Shown piece by piece: positions 19,138-29,356 of a stretch of 64,000 bases of DNA (the stretch's first letter is position 1; each line of letters opens with the position of its first letter). The stretch comes from an uncultured Methanosarcinales archaeon. GTDB taxonomy: Archaea > Nanobdellota > Nanobdellia > Woesearchaeales > CAYVYK01. The stretch spans positions 71,791 to 135,790 of the forward strand of contig CAYVYK010000002.1 in assembly GCA_964455675.1 (NCBI GenBank), in the 5' to 3' direction. The notes beneath the pieces are model-generated. The model was not told where the DNA came from. It saw only the letters and a list, made by a program, of their open reading frames with translations, and did not search any database. Position numbers and translations under genes: made by a program.

Positions 19138-20858
19138 AGGTATTTTTTCAGCATCTCGAGTTCGTCTCGGATCACATCAAATCCCGACTGCCAGAATTCC
19201 GGATCGCGCATGTGTATTCCTGCTTCCTTGAGGATGTCTTCCGGATCCCTTGATGCCCCATATGAGAGGATGCGGAAATACTGGGGGACGAAGGCATCGC
19301 CCTCTTGCTCGTATCGCCTGTAAAGCGCTAGGACGAGCAGATTGCCAAATGTATATGCGTAGCAGTAGAATGGTGTATGGTAGATGTGTGGAATGTACTT
19401 CCATTCGTGCTTGAATATGGGCGGTACTTCCATGTTCTTCCCGAACATTTCACGAAGAAGCTTGAGATATTTCGTGTCCAATTCCTCAACCGTCGCTCCA
19501 TTCCCGATCATGTCGTGCGCGGCGAGTTCAAACAGCACGAAATATGCCTGCCGGACTATTGTTGCGTATTGGCCCTCAATGCTGCGCATGAGGATCTGGA
19601 TCTTCTGCTCTTTCGTTCCCTCGCGAAGGAGCTTCTTGGTGAGGAGCATTTCGGCAAACACTGAAGCGGTTTCCGCAAGCGGTAGCGTTGCTGAGAATGT
19701 GTAGTCCGTTTGTTTTTCGGCTGCTATTCCATGAATTCCGTGGCCAAACTCGTGAGCCATCGTGAATACGTCCTCGAGCTTTCCCACATGGTTGAGCATG
19801 ATGTATGGAGTTATGGAGGGAAGAATTGAGTGGCAATACGCGCCTCCTCGTTTTCCCGGCAGTATTTCAGAATGAACGTGCTGCTCAGTTAGGATCCGCT
19901 CTGCCATTTGGCTGGCAAGTGGTGAGAATCCACGGAAAGTGTCAAGGACTATTTCCCTTGACTTCTCGTAGGGATAGTCCTCCACTTCAGCTGTATACGG
20001 CGCGTAGATGTCATATCGTGATAGTCTCTGCATGCCAAGGATTTTTGCTTTGAGGTCGAAATATTCATGGAAGAGGATGATGTTCTTTCGGACAGTCTCG
20101 AGGAGCAGGGTGACTACTTCGTCAGGTATTCTGTTCCCGAGGTTTCGGGCCGCAATGGACGAAGAGAAATTTCGCAGCTTGATGTTCTCGTTCCGCCAAG
20201 CGTTGACCGTGTATTTGTAGAGTTCTCCAAGTGTTGTCTCTTCCTTGTACGTGCGAAGCAGGCGGTTATACGCGGTTCTCCGCTCCTCGGATTTGGGAGA
20301 TCTCACATACTGGACGATTTCTTCGCGTGTGATCTTTTTTCCGTTCCAGTTGAACTTGAATTTGCTTGTGATCTGCTCATAGAGGGAGATCAGCGCCTCA
20401 TCACCGGTGAGATCCTTAATGCTGATGATACGTTCCTCACGCTCAGAAAGTGTGTATCTCCTGAATTGCCGCACAATATCAAGGAAGTAACGGTGCTCTC
20501 CTGCGTTTTCCAGATATCGCTGCGCGTCTTCATCGCTGAGGTCCTTGAACCACAGCATGTAGAACATGAGCTCATTACCTAGTTCTGTTGTCACTTCACG
20601 TATGGTAGTATCATGTGCCAGTCTTTTGGAGTCGTTCATGTTCTCCGAGAGTGAAAGCATCGCGTAGCCATTGAGCTTTGCGTTGATACGGTCAATCTCC
20701 ATGAGTTCCTTGAAGAGCTCCATGAAACGATGTGGCGAAAGTCCTGGTTTCATCTCGGTTCGATGCGCCTTGAATGTTTCAACACGCAGACGAAGATCCT
20801 TTAGCATCTCTTCCGTGCGTCCAGCATCATAGATATCGGATAGATTCCAGGTAACCAT
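19134..20858 (-). CDS. pepF: M3B oligoendopeptidase F
   Basis: WNLSDIY, GKRGGAYC, HEFGHGIH, AETAS, HIYHTPFYCYAY. Confidence 0.95.
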   Translation of the reverse strand: MVTWNLSDIYDAGRTEEMLKDLRLRVETFKAHRTEMKPGLSPHRFMELFKELMEIDRINAKLNGYAMLSLSENMNDSKRLAHDTTIREVTTELGNELMFYMLWFKDLSDEDAQRYLENAGEHRYFLDIVRQFRRYTLSEREERIISIKDLTGDEALISLYEQITSKFKFNWNGKKITREEIVQYVRSPKSEERRTAYNRLLRTYKEETTLGELYKYTVNAWRNENIKLRNFSSSIAARNLGNRIPDEVVTLLLETVRKNIILFHEYFDLKAKILGMQRLSRYDIYAPYTAEVEDYPYEKSREIVLDTFRGFSPLASQMAERILTEQHVHSEILPGKRGGAYCHSILPSITPYIMLNHVGKLEDVFTMAHEFGHGIHGIAAEKQTDYTFSATLPLAETASVFAEMLLTKKLLREGTKEQKIQILMRSIEGQYATIVRQAYFVLFELAAHDMIGNGATVEELDTKYLKLLREMFGKNMEVPPIFKHEWKYIPHIYHTPFYCYAYTFGNLLVLALYRRYEQEGDAFVPQYFRILSYGASRDPEDILKEAGIHMRDPEFWQSGFDVIRDELEMLKKYL

Positions 20859-20923
20859 ATGATGAAGTCGTCCTCCTCGTTATATATAGGTTTTGGTGAT
20901 TAATGCCGATTTTTGTGCTGTTA

Positions 20924-21769
20924 TCATGGCAGCATTGCCTTGCCGCGTTGAAGTTTGACAAGGCCTTCGCGTTCCATTCCGGTAAGAATTTCTTGAGTTT
21001 CCTGTTCATCTTTATGGAGTCGTTTCGCAAGCGTTGTTACTCGCATATTTGAAGCGCTGGCAAGTTGACGGAGGATTTCCCCTCGGGATTGTCGTTTCGA
21101 ACCCTCAAATTTCTTCTGAGGTGCGCTGATTCGAAGATACTGCCTAGCCCGGCCTGTAGTGAACGCCCTGCAGCGAGTGTTTAGTGGGCAATAAGTACAC
21201 TGAGGGCTTCTTGCGATGCACACGAGCGCTCCAAAATCCATGAGCGCATTATTCCATATCATCCCCTTGCCCACTGGAACCGCGTGAGTGACAAGTGTGT
21301 CGACTTCACGAGGGGTTCCAGCCCCCCCGCAATAGTACCTCGAGAAAATGCGCCTGATATTGGTATCCATGACCGCAATGTCCTTGCCATACGCAAAGCT
21401 CATGACCGCTCGGGAGGTATATGGGCCGATCCCTGGCAGCCTCTCCATGTCGTCTACACTTGATGGAAATTCCCCAAGTTTTTCGATTTCTTGCGCGGCA
21501 CGCTGCAGGGATATTGCTCGTCGGTTGTATCCAAGTCCCGACCAGAGTCGGAGAACATCGCTCGTCTTCGCGCGTGCAAGGATTGCTGTGGTAGGATACG
21601 CCTCGAGAAACGCGACATATTTTGGAATAACGCGGCTAACCTGTGTTTGCTGTAGCATGAGTTCTGAGACCATGATTTTGTACGGATCCTGAGTCTTACG
21701 CCAGGGAAGATCCCTCTTATGCTTCGCATACCATCCTAAGATGGATTCCTGAAATGGTGTGAAGTCCAT
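20924..21769 (-). CDS. mutY: A/G-specific adenine glycosylase
   Basis: RDLPWR, VSELMLQQTQV, WSGLGY.RR, LPGIGPYT HhH motif, FeS Cys motif. Confidence 0.93.
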   Translation of the reverse strand: MDFTPFQESILGWYAKHKRDLPWRKTQDPYKIMVSELMLQQTQVSRVIPKYVAFLEAYPTTAILARAKTSDVLRLWSGLGYNRRAISLQRAAQEIEKLGEFPSSVDDMERLPGIGPYTSRAVMSFAYGKDIAVMDTNIRRIFSRYYCGGAGTPREVDTLVTHAVPVGKGMIWNNALMDFGALVCIARSPQCTYCPLNTRCRAFTTGRARQYLRISAPQKKFEGSKRQSRGEILRQLASASNMRVTTLAKRLHKDEQETQEILTGMEREGLVKLQRGKAMLP

Positions 21770-21843
21770 GGCTCACCTGTGTAGTCAAATGTTCAAGAAG
21801 CAGCACAACCTATAAAAGTATTTATACTTTAGCTGCCTCAAGG

Positions 21844-22908
21844 ATGGTTATGCACGAGGCGGTTCTGTACGAGAAACTGGAGGGGGGAAGGGTACGTTGC
21901 GGCGCGTGTAAGCACGCGTGCGTGATCCCCAAGGATCAGACAGGGATTTGCGGAGTGCGCCAGAATAAGGATGGTAAGCTATACCTTATTGTGTATGGCA
22001 AGGCGTCAGCGGTGAATGTGGATCCGATCGAAAAGAAACCCCTGTTCCATTTCCTTCCGGGGACTGATGTATTCTCGCTCGGCACCGTGGGGTGCAATTT
22101 TGGTTGTGAATTCTGCCAGAATTGGGACTTAAGCCAGGTCACAAAAGAGCTCAGGGAAAAACTGACGAAAGAAAAACATGTGCAGGACATGGACCTTGAG
22201 GTCGGAAGATTTGGCTATGAGCTTTCCCCTGAAAAGATTGTCAGGACTTGTGTGGAGAAGAAATTGCCTAGTATCGCCTACACCTATAATGAGCCTATCA
22301 TCTTTTTTGAATACGTGCTTGACACGGCAAAGCTCGCTCACGCAAAGGGCATCAAGAACGTGCTTGTCAGCAACGGTTATGAGTCGGATAAGGCTCTTGA
22401 AATGATGCGGCCGTTTGTTCAGGCAATCAATATTGATCTAAAGGCGTTCACTGAGGAATTCTACAGAGAGCTCTGCAAGGCAAACCTTCACAATGTGTGT
22501 GACACGATCAGGAAGGCTCACGCGCTCGGCTACCATGTGGAAGTCACGACTCTCCTCATCCCAGGAAAGAATGATTCTGATAAGGAGCTCAAGGAGATCG
22601 CGAAGTTCATCGCAGGTATTGATGTGAACATGCCCTGGCACGTCAGCGCATTCCATCCTGAGTATAAGCTCACAAACGTTCCTCCAACAAGGCATGATGC
22701 TCTGGTGCGAGCGTTTGGCATCGGGAAAGCTGCAGGTTTGAAGTATGTTTATGTGGGAAATGTGATAGACGAAAAACATGAGAGCACGTATTGCCCTAAG
22801 TGCGACGCGCTTCTTATTGGAAGATCAGGCTACGACGTGACAATTGGGAAATTCAAGGAAGGTAAATGCACCGAGTGTGGGGAGAAGATTCCGGGGGTGT
22901 GGAAGTGA
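21844..22908 (+). CDS. amrS: AmmeMemoRadiSam radical SAM enzyme
   Basis: DPIEKKPLFHF, CNFGCEFCQNW, YTYNEP. Confidence 0.93.
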   Translation: MVMHEAVLYEKLEGGRVRCGACKHACVIPKDQTGICGVRQNKDGKLYLIVYGKASAVNVDPIEKKPLFHFLPGTDVFSLGTVGCNFGCEFCQNWDLSQVTKELREKLTKEKHVQDMDLEVGRFGYELSPEKIVRTCVEKKLPSIAYTYNEPIIFFEYVLDTAKLAHAKGIKNVLVSNGYESDKALEMMRPFVQAINIDLKAFTEEFYRELCKANLHNVCDTIRKAHALGYHVEVTTLLIPGKNDSDKELKEIAKFIAGIDVNMPWHVSAFHPEYKLTNVPPTRHDALVRAFGIGKAAGLKYVYVGNVIDEKHESTYCPKCDALLIGRSGYDVTIGKFKEGKCTECGEKIPGVWK

Positions 22909-23666
22909 GCGTTCGAAAACCATCTGTCGCTGGCATGTTCTATCCGGATGATAAGAAGGAACTGCAGGCGATGATAGCTCGTTTTCTCAAGAATGTTCCA
23001 CCCATGAGAACTCCGACGAGACTTCGTGCTCTTATTGTGCCTCATGCCGGGTATGAATACTCAGGGCAAGTCGCTGCGTATGGATATTCGCTTCTGAAAG
23101 GTTCCAAGGTGCAGAAGGTTGTCCTTCTTGGCCCCTCGCACTACGTGTATATGGGTACGCTTGTGAGCGATGTGCATAATTCCTGGGAGACCCCCCTAGG
23201 CGTTGTGAATCTTTTGCCACACAAGTTCGCGTCGATGAAGGACGCGCATGCTCGTGAGCATTGTCTTGAGGTACAGATTCCCTTTCTCCAGACGGTATTG
23301 CCAAGATTTGAGGTGCTCCCGCTTCTTGCGGGGGATATGGACCCTAGCGAGGCGGCGCGTCAATTGCAGACGGTCATTAATGAGGACACGCTCCTCATTA
23401 TAAGTTCTGACCTTAGCCATTATCATGATTATGCCCAAGCCTCAGGTCTTGATCGTGTGACGGTTGACGCGATTGGTGCGCTCGACGTTGATAGGCTTGC
23501 AGGTGATGGTGAGGCGTGTGGAAAGATGCCCATTCTTGCCCTTCTGTTACTCGCGAAGCGGCTTCATTGGACAGGTAAACTGCTGAAATATCAGAATTCT
23601 GGTGATGTGACAGGGGAGAAGGGCCATGTTGTTGGGTATGCAAGTTTTGCGTTCATCGAAAAATAG
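22905..23666 (+). CDS. amrB: AmmeMemoRadiSam protein B (MEMO1 family)
   Basis: VAGMFYP, VPHAGY.YSG, GPSH, EHCLEVQIPFLQ, SSDLSHY; GTGA overlap with amrS. Confidence 0.93.
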   Translation: MSVRKPSVAGMFYPDDKKELQAMIARFLKNVPPMRTPTRLRALIVPHAGYEYSGQVAAYGYSLLKGSKVQKVVLLGPSHYVYMGTLVSDVHNSWETPLGVVNLLPHKFASMKDAHAREHCLEVQIPFLQTVLPRFEVLPLLAGDMDPSEAARQLQTVINEDTLLIISSDLSHYHDYAQASGLDRVTVDAIGALDVDRLAGDGEACGKMPILALLLLAKRLHWTGKLLKYQNSGDVTGEKGHVVGYASFAFIEK

Positions 23667-23677
23667 GAGGTGCGATC

Positions 23678-24202
23678 ATGCATGATAAACAGCTGCTGAA
23701 GATAGCAAGGAATGCCATGGAGCGCAGGATCGATAAGACTCTTGACATTCCAAAAGGGTTTTCAAAGAAGCAGGGAGTTTTTGTGACTCTAACGATCAAG
23801 GGCGAATTGCGCGGCTGCATTGGCTACATCGAACCGATCATGCCACTCTACAAGGCTGTCGAGGAATGCGCATTCAGCGCGGCGTACAATGATCCGAGAT
23901 TTCCACCTGTAACTTCGGGTGAGTTTAAGCATGTTCGCATCGAAATCTCAATTCTCACAGTTCCCAAAAAGCTTCCGTACAAGGATACCAAGGATCTTCT
24001 GAAGAAGCTTTCGCACAAGTTTGGTGTTATCATTCGGAAAGGCCCTCACAGTGCAACCTATTTGCCCCAGGTGTGGGAACAGATCCCGGAAAAAGAGGAA
24101 TTTCTCTCAAGTCTCTGTATGAAAGCGGGCCTTCCTGAAGACGCATGGAAAGCAGGCGACCTTGAAGTTTCCACGTATGAAGTCGAGAAGATGCATGAGT
24201 GA
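23678..24202 (+). CDS. amrA: AmmeMemoRadiSam protein A (AMMECR1 family)
   Basis: GVFVTL...LRGCIG, DPRF, LPQV, LCMKAGL. Confidence 0.93.
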   Translation: MHDKQLLKIARNAMERRIDKTLDIPKGFSKKQGVFVTLTIKGELRGCIGYIEPIMPLYKAVEECAFSAAYNDPRFPPVTSGEFKHVRIEISILTVPKKLPYKDTKDLLKKLSHKFGVIIRKGPHSATYLPQVWEQIPEKEEFLSSLCMKAGLPEDAWKAGDLEVSTYEVEKMHE

Positions 24203-24256
24203 CGAAAGGTTTATGTACCAAAGTGTGCAAGAACGGATATAGTTGAGGTGATATTG

Positions 24257-24424
24257 ATGAAGGTGATAGCAATTTTCCTGTTGCTGCTTGTGATCTGCGT
24301 ATGCATAGGCTGCTCCTCAGAAACCACAGAAGTTGAAAATGACGATACAACGAATCCTGATACGGAGAGTGATGGACCTCCAGCATATATGCCTCCAGCG
24401 CCTCCAGCTCTCCCGGAGGAATGA
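24257..24424 (+). CDS. 55-aa putative lipoprotein (absent from ORF track)
   Basis: SD GAGGTGA; MKVIAIFLLLLVICVCIG|CSSETTEVENDD...DGPPAYMPPAPPALPEE. Confidence 0.7.
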   Translation: MKVIAIFLLLLVICVCIGCSSETTEVENDDTTNPDTESDGPPAYMPPAPPALPEE

Positions 24425-24428
24425 AACC

Positions 24429-25220
24429 ATGAAATGGCTCATCGTCCCGGTTATGATGCTCCTCTTAGTGGGGGCTGTTTCAGCAATGCTTCCCATGGAG
24501 ACGTTCACGAACCTTGAACTAGGGAATGGTCAAGGGCACATTGATGATGTGAGAGGGCATGTTACCATGAATCTCAAAGCGGGTTGGAACCTGCTCCCAT
24601 TAGAGTTTATCATGGAAGCGTCGGGAAGGTATTGGTCGAATAAAGATGACCTCACCTGTAGCCAGGACGTCTTTCATACGGTCTGGGTGTATTCCCCAGT
24701 GGAAAAGAAGTATACACTACTCCCAAGGATTGATGACTGGGGTGCTCCGGTGTCCCGCAATAATGTGTACCTTCAGCGAGAATTTGCTGGAAAATATTTC
24801 CATATCTTTGACGGGTCTGGATGGATTTTCACACCAAATGACTGCACTCTCGAGGGTGACAGTGGTGTCGGTATCGTGGCAAAAAGTTTTGGAATGGTCG
24901 ACCAGGGCATCGAGGGTACCTATGAAGAACTCGTAATGAAAGCAGGATGGAATTATATTCCGATTGACTATTACTGGCCGGCAATGGAGCACACGTTCGG
25001 GACGGTCTTTTCCGGATGCAACGTGGAGAAATACTACCTCTGGGATAATGCGGGTCAGCGATGGATTCCTGCGTATCAGGAAGGGTTTGGCTGGAATGAG
25101 CAAATATCCCCCCTCATGACATTCACAACACTACTCGTAAAGTCGAACACAGACTGCAGGCTTGCGAAGAACATTATTGATGGCCCTCCAGGCGCTGTGC
25201 CACCCGCGTTGCCGCCTTAG
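24429..25220 (+). CDS. Secreted hypothetical protein with two xKAGWN repeats
   Basis: Signal peptide MKWLIVPVMMLLLVGAVSA; LKAGWNLL and MKAGWNYI; Pro-rich tail. Confidence 0.7.
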   Translation: MKWLIVPVMMLLLVGAVSAMLPMETFTNLELGNGQGHIDDVRGHVTMNLKAGWNLLPLEFIMEASGRYWSNKDDLTCSQDVFHTVWVYSPVEKKYTLLPRIDDWGAPVSRNNVYLQREFAGKYFHIFDGSGWIFTPNDCTLEGDSGVGIVAKSFGMVDQGIEGTYEELVMKAGWNYIPIDYYWPAMEHTFGTVFSGCNVEKYYLWDNAGQRWIPAYQEGFGWNEQISPLMTFTTLLVKSNTDCRLAKNIIDGPPGAVPPALPP

Positions 25221-25337
25221 ATTTCAATTTTTTGCGGAACCTATCCATCCAAGTAGGTAAATTCTTTTAAATCGTAGAGTATTTTCCTCTTTCATAGGGG
25301 GATCTCAACGACTGAATTCAAAATTGACACTAGTGCA

Positions 25338-26498
25338 GTGACGAATCGGCGCGTAGAGCCGTATATTCCTGAAGTTGCTCCTAAGTTTGCGGAGCATCGC
25401 GCTGATTATTTGCTTCTCATGGACGGTAAGCGTGAGGGCAGTTCTTGTTCGTGGTCGAACGCAAGAATTGTGCCGTATGAGCCTATCAGCATGAGTCCAG
25501 CGGCGGTCTGCCTTGATTATGGGCAGTGCGTCTTTGAGGGTATGGTTATAAGCATGCTGAAGGATGGAACTCTTGTTGCATATCGGGGGGATGATCACAT
25601 GCAACGGCTGAACATCTCAGCCGGGATCATGGACATCCCAGGGGTTCCAGTTGAGCTCCAGCGTGCGTGCCTTGAAAAGCTCGTTGAAGTCAACGGCAAT
25701 TGGTTTCCACAGGGCCATGAGGGTGCTGTCCTCTACACCCGTCCAAAAATCATGGGCATTGATGACCAAGTCGGTGTTCAGCCGAGCAAGGATTACCTGT
25801 ACGTTCTGCATCTCTCAACGAGCGGTCCCTACTTTGCTGGCGGCTTCAAACCGATTGATCTTTTGCTCACAAAACAGTTCCATCGCGTTCCTCGAGGTAA
25901 CAACGGCCAGGCGAAAGCTTCGGCGCATTACGCAAATTCCCTGCAAGCCCAGCGCCTCGCAAAGAAGCTTGGTTGTGCGCAGGTGCTCTACCTTGATGCA
26001 ACCAATGAGCTCGTCATGGAGACGGGAGCGACAAATATCGCAGTTTGTACCAAGGATGGCGTTTTGTTCACACCATCAGACCATCCGGAGATCCTTCGCT
26101 CCATAACTCGAAGATCAGTTGTGGAGAATCAGAACAATATTGGTTTGATCGCAGACCATCGATTGATGTATCTTGATGATTTTCTTTATCGAATAGAGAC
26201 CGGCTTCACGAAGGAACTCATCTGTCTTGGCACAGCTGCTGTTTCTTCAGGTGTTGGCAGAGTGCTTTTGCTGGATGATACGCTGTCCTTCAGTGAGATT
26301 GACGACATCGTGCAAAGTGATTTGCCACTTTCCCTCTTGAGAACTCAAACCTGTCATAAGTATGTCGTAGGTGACGGCTCGTTCGGTGAGATAGCCCAGC
26401 AGCTCAATCATCGGCTAGTTGAAATGCGCACTGGACGCCGTAAAGTTCCCGATGGGTGGCTCATGCCTGTTGGCAAGATTAGGCCCGTATCAGTCTAA
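25338..26498 (+). CDS. ilvE: Branched-chain amino acid aminotransferase (PLP class IV)
   Basis: LDYGQCVFEG, RLNISA, LYTRP, AKASAHY, ETGATN, ILRSITR. Confidence 0.9.
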   Translation: MTNRRVEPYIPEVAPKFAEHRADYLLLMDGKREGSSCSWSNARIVPYEPISMSPAAVCLDYGQCVFEGMVISMLKDGTLVAYRGDDHMQRLNISAGIMDIPGVPVELQRACLEKLVEVNGNWFPQGHEGAVLYTRPKIMGIDDQVGVQPSKDYLYVLHLSTSGPYFAGGFKPIDLLLTKQFHRVPRGNNGQAKASAHYANSLQAQRLAKKLGCAQVLYLDATNELVMETGATNIAVCTKDGVLFTPSDHPEILRSITRRSVVENQNNIGLIADHRLMYLDDFLYRIETGFTKELICLGTAAVSSGVGRVLLLDDTLSFSEIDDIVQSDLPLSLLRTQTCHKYVVGDGSFGEIAQQLNHRLVEMRTGRRKVPDGWLMPVGKIRPVSV

Positions 26499-26503
26499 TA
26501 CGA

Positions 26504-27604
26504 TTACGGGCGTTCCACGATTTCTCGCAGATCGAGGAGGTTCGGTCGGGGTTGGATTCCTTTTTGCAGCACTACGTCGTACTCTCCTGGATTCGTGCCC
26601 TCGAATGGATCACTTGCCTCGTTAAGATTGAATCCAAGTGCCGTGCTGTACTCCTTTGTTACTTGACATCCGAGGTCGTCCGCGCGGAATGCTACCGAGA
26701 GTGATGTCTGTCCTCCATTTTCCATGGATACGATGACATCGTCACTCTCTCCTGGATGAAGGTGCTTGGGAGAGTAGAGCACCTGTGCGCCAGGAGGAAC
26801 GTCGAGCGCATCGATCGCGGCTCCAATGTCCCCTGTGTTTTTTATGCTAAAGATAAGAAGACCAAGAGTGCTGCTATACCCATCATCCTGTACCGTGATT
26901 TGCGGTCCTTCTGCGTCTACAACGCCCTGGAATCCGAGCTCAGACGTAAAACTCAGGGGTTGTCCTGATGCGGGTCCGACTTGGAGATCGATACCGGATT
27001 CAACACTTGGACCAATAGTTGGTTCCGTCATGCCCCAGTTGATATATCCCCCAATGTTTTTCACGTAGAGAAAACATGAAGTCTGGCAATCGGTGGTATA
27101 CTGCCCGTCGGCGGTAACGGTTATTCTCTCATTTGGAAGGGATTCATCATCACAGTCCGATGCGCAAATGACTTGTCCAAGGAACATGCAATGCCTGGCG
27201 AAGTTGTCATAGTTCGTGCTGCAATATGTTCCCCAATGGACTTGTGGTATGAATGAGGTGTCTCCGCTCGCAATCTTCTGTTTTGCCACTGCGAGATCAT
27301 CTACAAAGAGGACTGGTGGTGAATCATTTGGCCCTCCTTTTCCGAACCATTCTCCACTCATCTCTGAGTTTATCACCTGTACTTCATTCCCAATGCAAAT
27401 CTCCTCATCAAGCCTCAAGAGGTAATTACTCGACTCAAGGAGCGGGTTGTAGAATACGTTGACGCCCATCTCTCTCGCGTCATTTCCAGCAAGTTGCAGA
27501 TATAAGGGTGGCGGATTATCAGGTGGTGGCTGAGTGTGTATCTGTGCAGCCATGACTGGCAGCGATAACAAGATGAGAATCACAGGTATTGTTAAGAGTT
27601 TCAT
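26504..27604 (-). CDS. Secreted hypothetical protein
   Basis: Signal peptide MKLLTIPVILILLSLPVMA; ATGA-coupled to the upstream gene. Confidence 0.7.
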   Translation of the reverse strand: MKLLTIPVILILLSLPVMAAQIHTQPPPDNPPPLYLQLAGNDAREMGVNVFYNPLLESSNYLLRLDEEICIGNEVQVINSEMSGEWFGKGGPNDSPPVLFVDDLAVAKQKIASGDTSFIPQVHWGTYCSTNYDNFARHCMFLGQVICASDCDDESLPNERITVTADGQYTTDCQTSCFLYVKNIGGYINWGMTEPTIGPSVESGIDLQVGPASGQPLSFTSELGFQGVVDAEGPQITVQDDGYSSTLGLLIFSIKNTGDIGAAIDALDVPPGAQVLYSPKHLHPGESDDVIVSMENGGQTSLSVAFRADDLGCQVTKEYSTALGFNLNEASDPFEGTNPGEYDVVLQKGIQPRPNLLDLREIVERP

Positions 27605-29256
27605 TGCGATCCCTCCTTTGGCGGTTGCATTTCTGGTGGTGGTCCTTGAGTCGGTTGTGGTGGTAGCGTTTGGCTTTGTCCTCGTTTCCGCATGAACATA
27701 AGGATGAGGAGCACAATGAGCGCAATACCTGCAATGATCGCAACATAGAGGAAGATCGGTGTCTTTTCTTTCGGTGCTTCACTTGGTGTCGTCGCAGCTG
27801 TGACGCTAACTGCCCGTTCAGTCATGAATCCTGTTGCTGGTTCCCTGACGCGGAGTGTGTACGTTCCAACGTTTAGTGATGGTATGCTGCCCCTGTACTC
27901 ACCATCCACGTCCTGTGTTGCAAGGAACACAGGTATGGTTGTCGCATCGATCAGGTAGATGATGACCTTTCCTTTCAGTTTCGCTCCGGTTGTATCCTTG
28001 AGGTTTATGGTGTAGTCGAGCGAATCTCCCTTTGTTATGCTCTCTGGGGCTGTCAGCGTGATGGATTTTTCGAATTTCCTCAACTCTGAGAGCGTGTAGA
28101 CAGTTGTTCGTTCATCAAGTATTCGTCCAGTGCCATCCTTGAGCGTGACGGTCAAGCGTGCTTCATTGATGTCTTTTACTGGTGTGAATGTTGCTTCACC
28201 ACCCATGGGTGTTGAGGTAAATGTTTGCTGCGTCACTTCTGAAAAGATGGTGTCTGTGCCTGATTTCACATTCGTCGTGACACTGCCATTAAAGCTGCTC
28301 GTGTAATCAGAGGATGCGCTGTATGTTGCAAAAAGCGTTACAGGGGTGTTTGCCTTAAACGGAAAGTCTGAAAACCCTTGGTAGTAAATCCTTGCTTCTT
28401 CGCCGCTGATGGAAAACCGCAGTTTGAGGAGAACCTTTTCATCTCCTGCTGAAGCCTGGATCTTCACTTGGTACACACCGCTTGTAAGTTCTGGGATTTT
28501 ATATTCGATAAATGATTCTCCATTTGCTGGGAGCTGGACTTCTGTTCGCATCGACTTATCCGCAAGGTACTGTTTTTCTGAAGAATCATCCCACGAGTAT
28601 GTGGCGCCCATGACCTCAACAGGTTTTGCCGTTCCTTTATTGACGAGCGGAAATCTCACCGTGTATTCTCCTCCGGTGCGCGCGATTGGAATGATACCTA
28701 TGAAATTGTATGGTTGCCCATTCAGGGTTACCCTAGACCTGTCAAACATCAGGAGTGATGAAGCAGCGTCATTCTGCACGGTGAAAGCTGTTTGCATTGC
28801 CGGAACTCCAGGCGGTCCGTATGCGGCAAAGCTTAAGCCTGCAAGATTGAAGTAGTCATCACTTTGTACGTATCCCTTGATGGTGTACGTCCCATTTGGG
28901 GTTCCTGAGGGAAGTGTGTAGAAAGTATCTTTGCTTGTGATTGATCCTGGCATGAGAGCGATCATTTCCTCGGCAAAGAACTCTTCCATCATTTGTTCCC
29001 CAAGGACAGGATCATTGTAGAAGACCTGGAGCCGCACCTTCCCTTCTGTGAGAGGGTGGGGAAGCCGGTTCTCAAGGGTGTAGTGGATGATGACTCTTCC
29101 ACCAGGATCGTACACGAGTTTGTCGGTCATGAATTCTGTGAAGTAGGTGCCGGTGCCGAACTGGTAATGCTTGAAGGCGTTTACTGTCGTGAGTTCTGCT
29201 CGCACTGCTGTTAGCATTACAACGAAGACAAACAGGGTAACCAATATTTTTTTCAT
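27601..29256 (-). CDS. Secreted, C-terminally anchored beta-rich (Ig-like) surface protein
   Basis: SD GAGGTG, signal peptide, beta-strand-rich body, TM helix followed by RKR and a Pro-rich tail. Confidence 0.75.
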   Translation of the reverse strand: MKKILVTLFVFVVMLTAVRAELTTVNAFKHYQFGTGTYFTEFMTDKLVYDPGGRVIIHYTLENRLPHPLTEGKVRLQVFYNDPVLGEQMMEEFFAEEMIALMPGSITSKDTFYTLPSGTPNGTYTIKGYVQSDDYFNLAGLSFAAYGPPGVPAMQTAFTVQNDAASSLLMFDRSRVTLNGQPYNFIGIIPIARTGGEYTVRFPLVNKGTAKPVEVMGATYSWDDSSEKQYLADKSMRTEVQLPANGESFIEYKIPELTSGVYQVKIQASAGDEKVLLKLRFSISGEEARIYYQGFSDFPFKANTPVTLFATYSASSDYTSSFNGSVTTNVKSGTDTIFSEVTQQTFTSTPMGGEATFTPVKDINEARLTVTLKDGTGRILDERTTVYTLSELRKFEKSITLTAPESITKGDSLDYTINLKDTTGAKLKGKVIIYLIDATTIPVFLATQDVDGEYRGSIPSLNVGTYTLRVREPATGFMTERAVSVTAATTPSEAPKEKTPIFLYVAIIAGIALIVLLILMFMRKRGQSQTLPPQPTQGPPPEMQPPKEGSQ

Positions 29257-29356
29257 GATGTGCACCTCATATGTTGGCTATTTGGTATGTCAATATGTGG
29301 TATGTGATATCTATTGAGCATATTCAGGAAATTTTGTATATTTAAGTACTCGTGTT

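Noticed and set aside
25296..25340. Possible non-canonical upstream start of ilvE (open frame ISTTEFKIDTSA after AGGGGG)
   Set aside because: Suggestive, but there is no paralog or other support, so the GTG start was kept.
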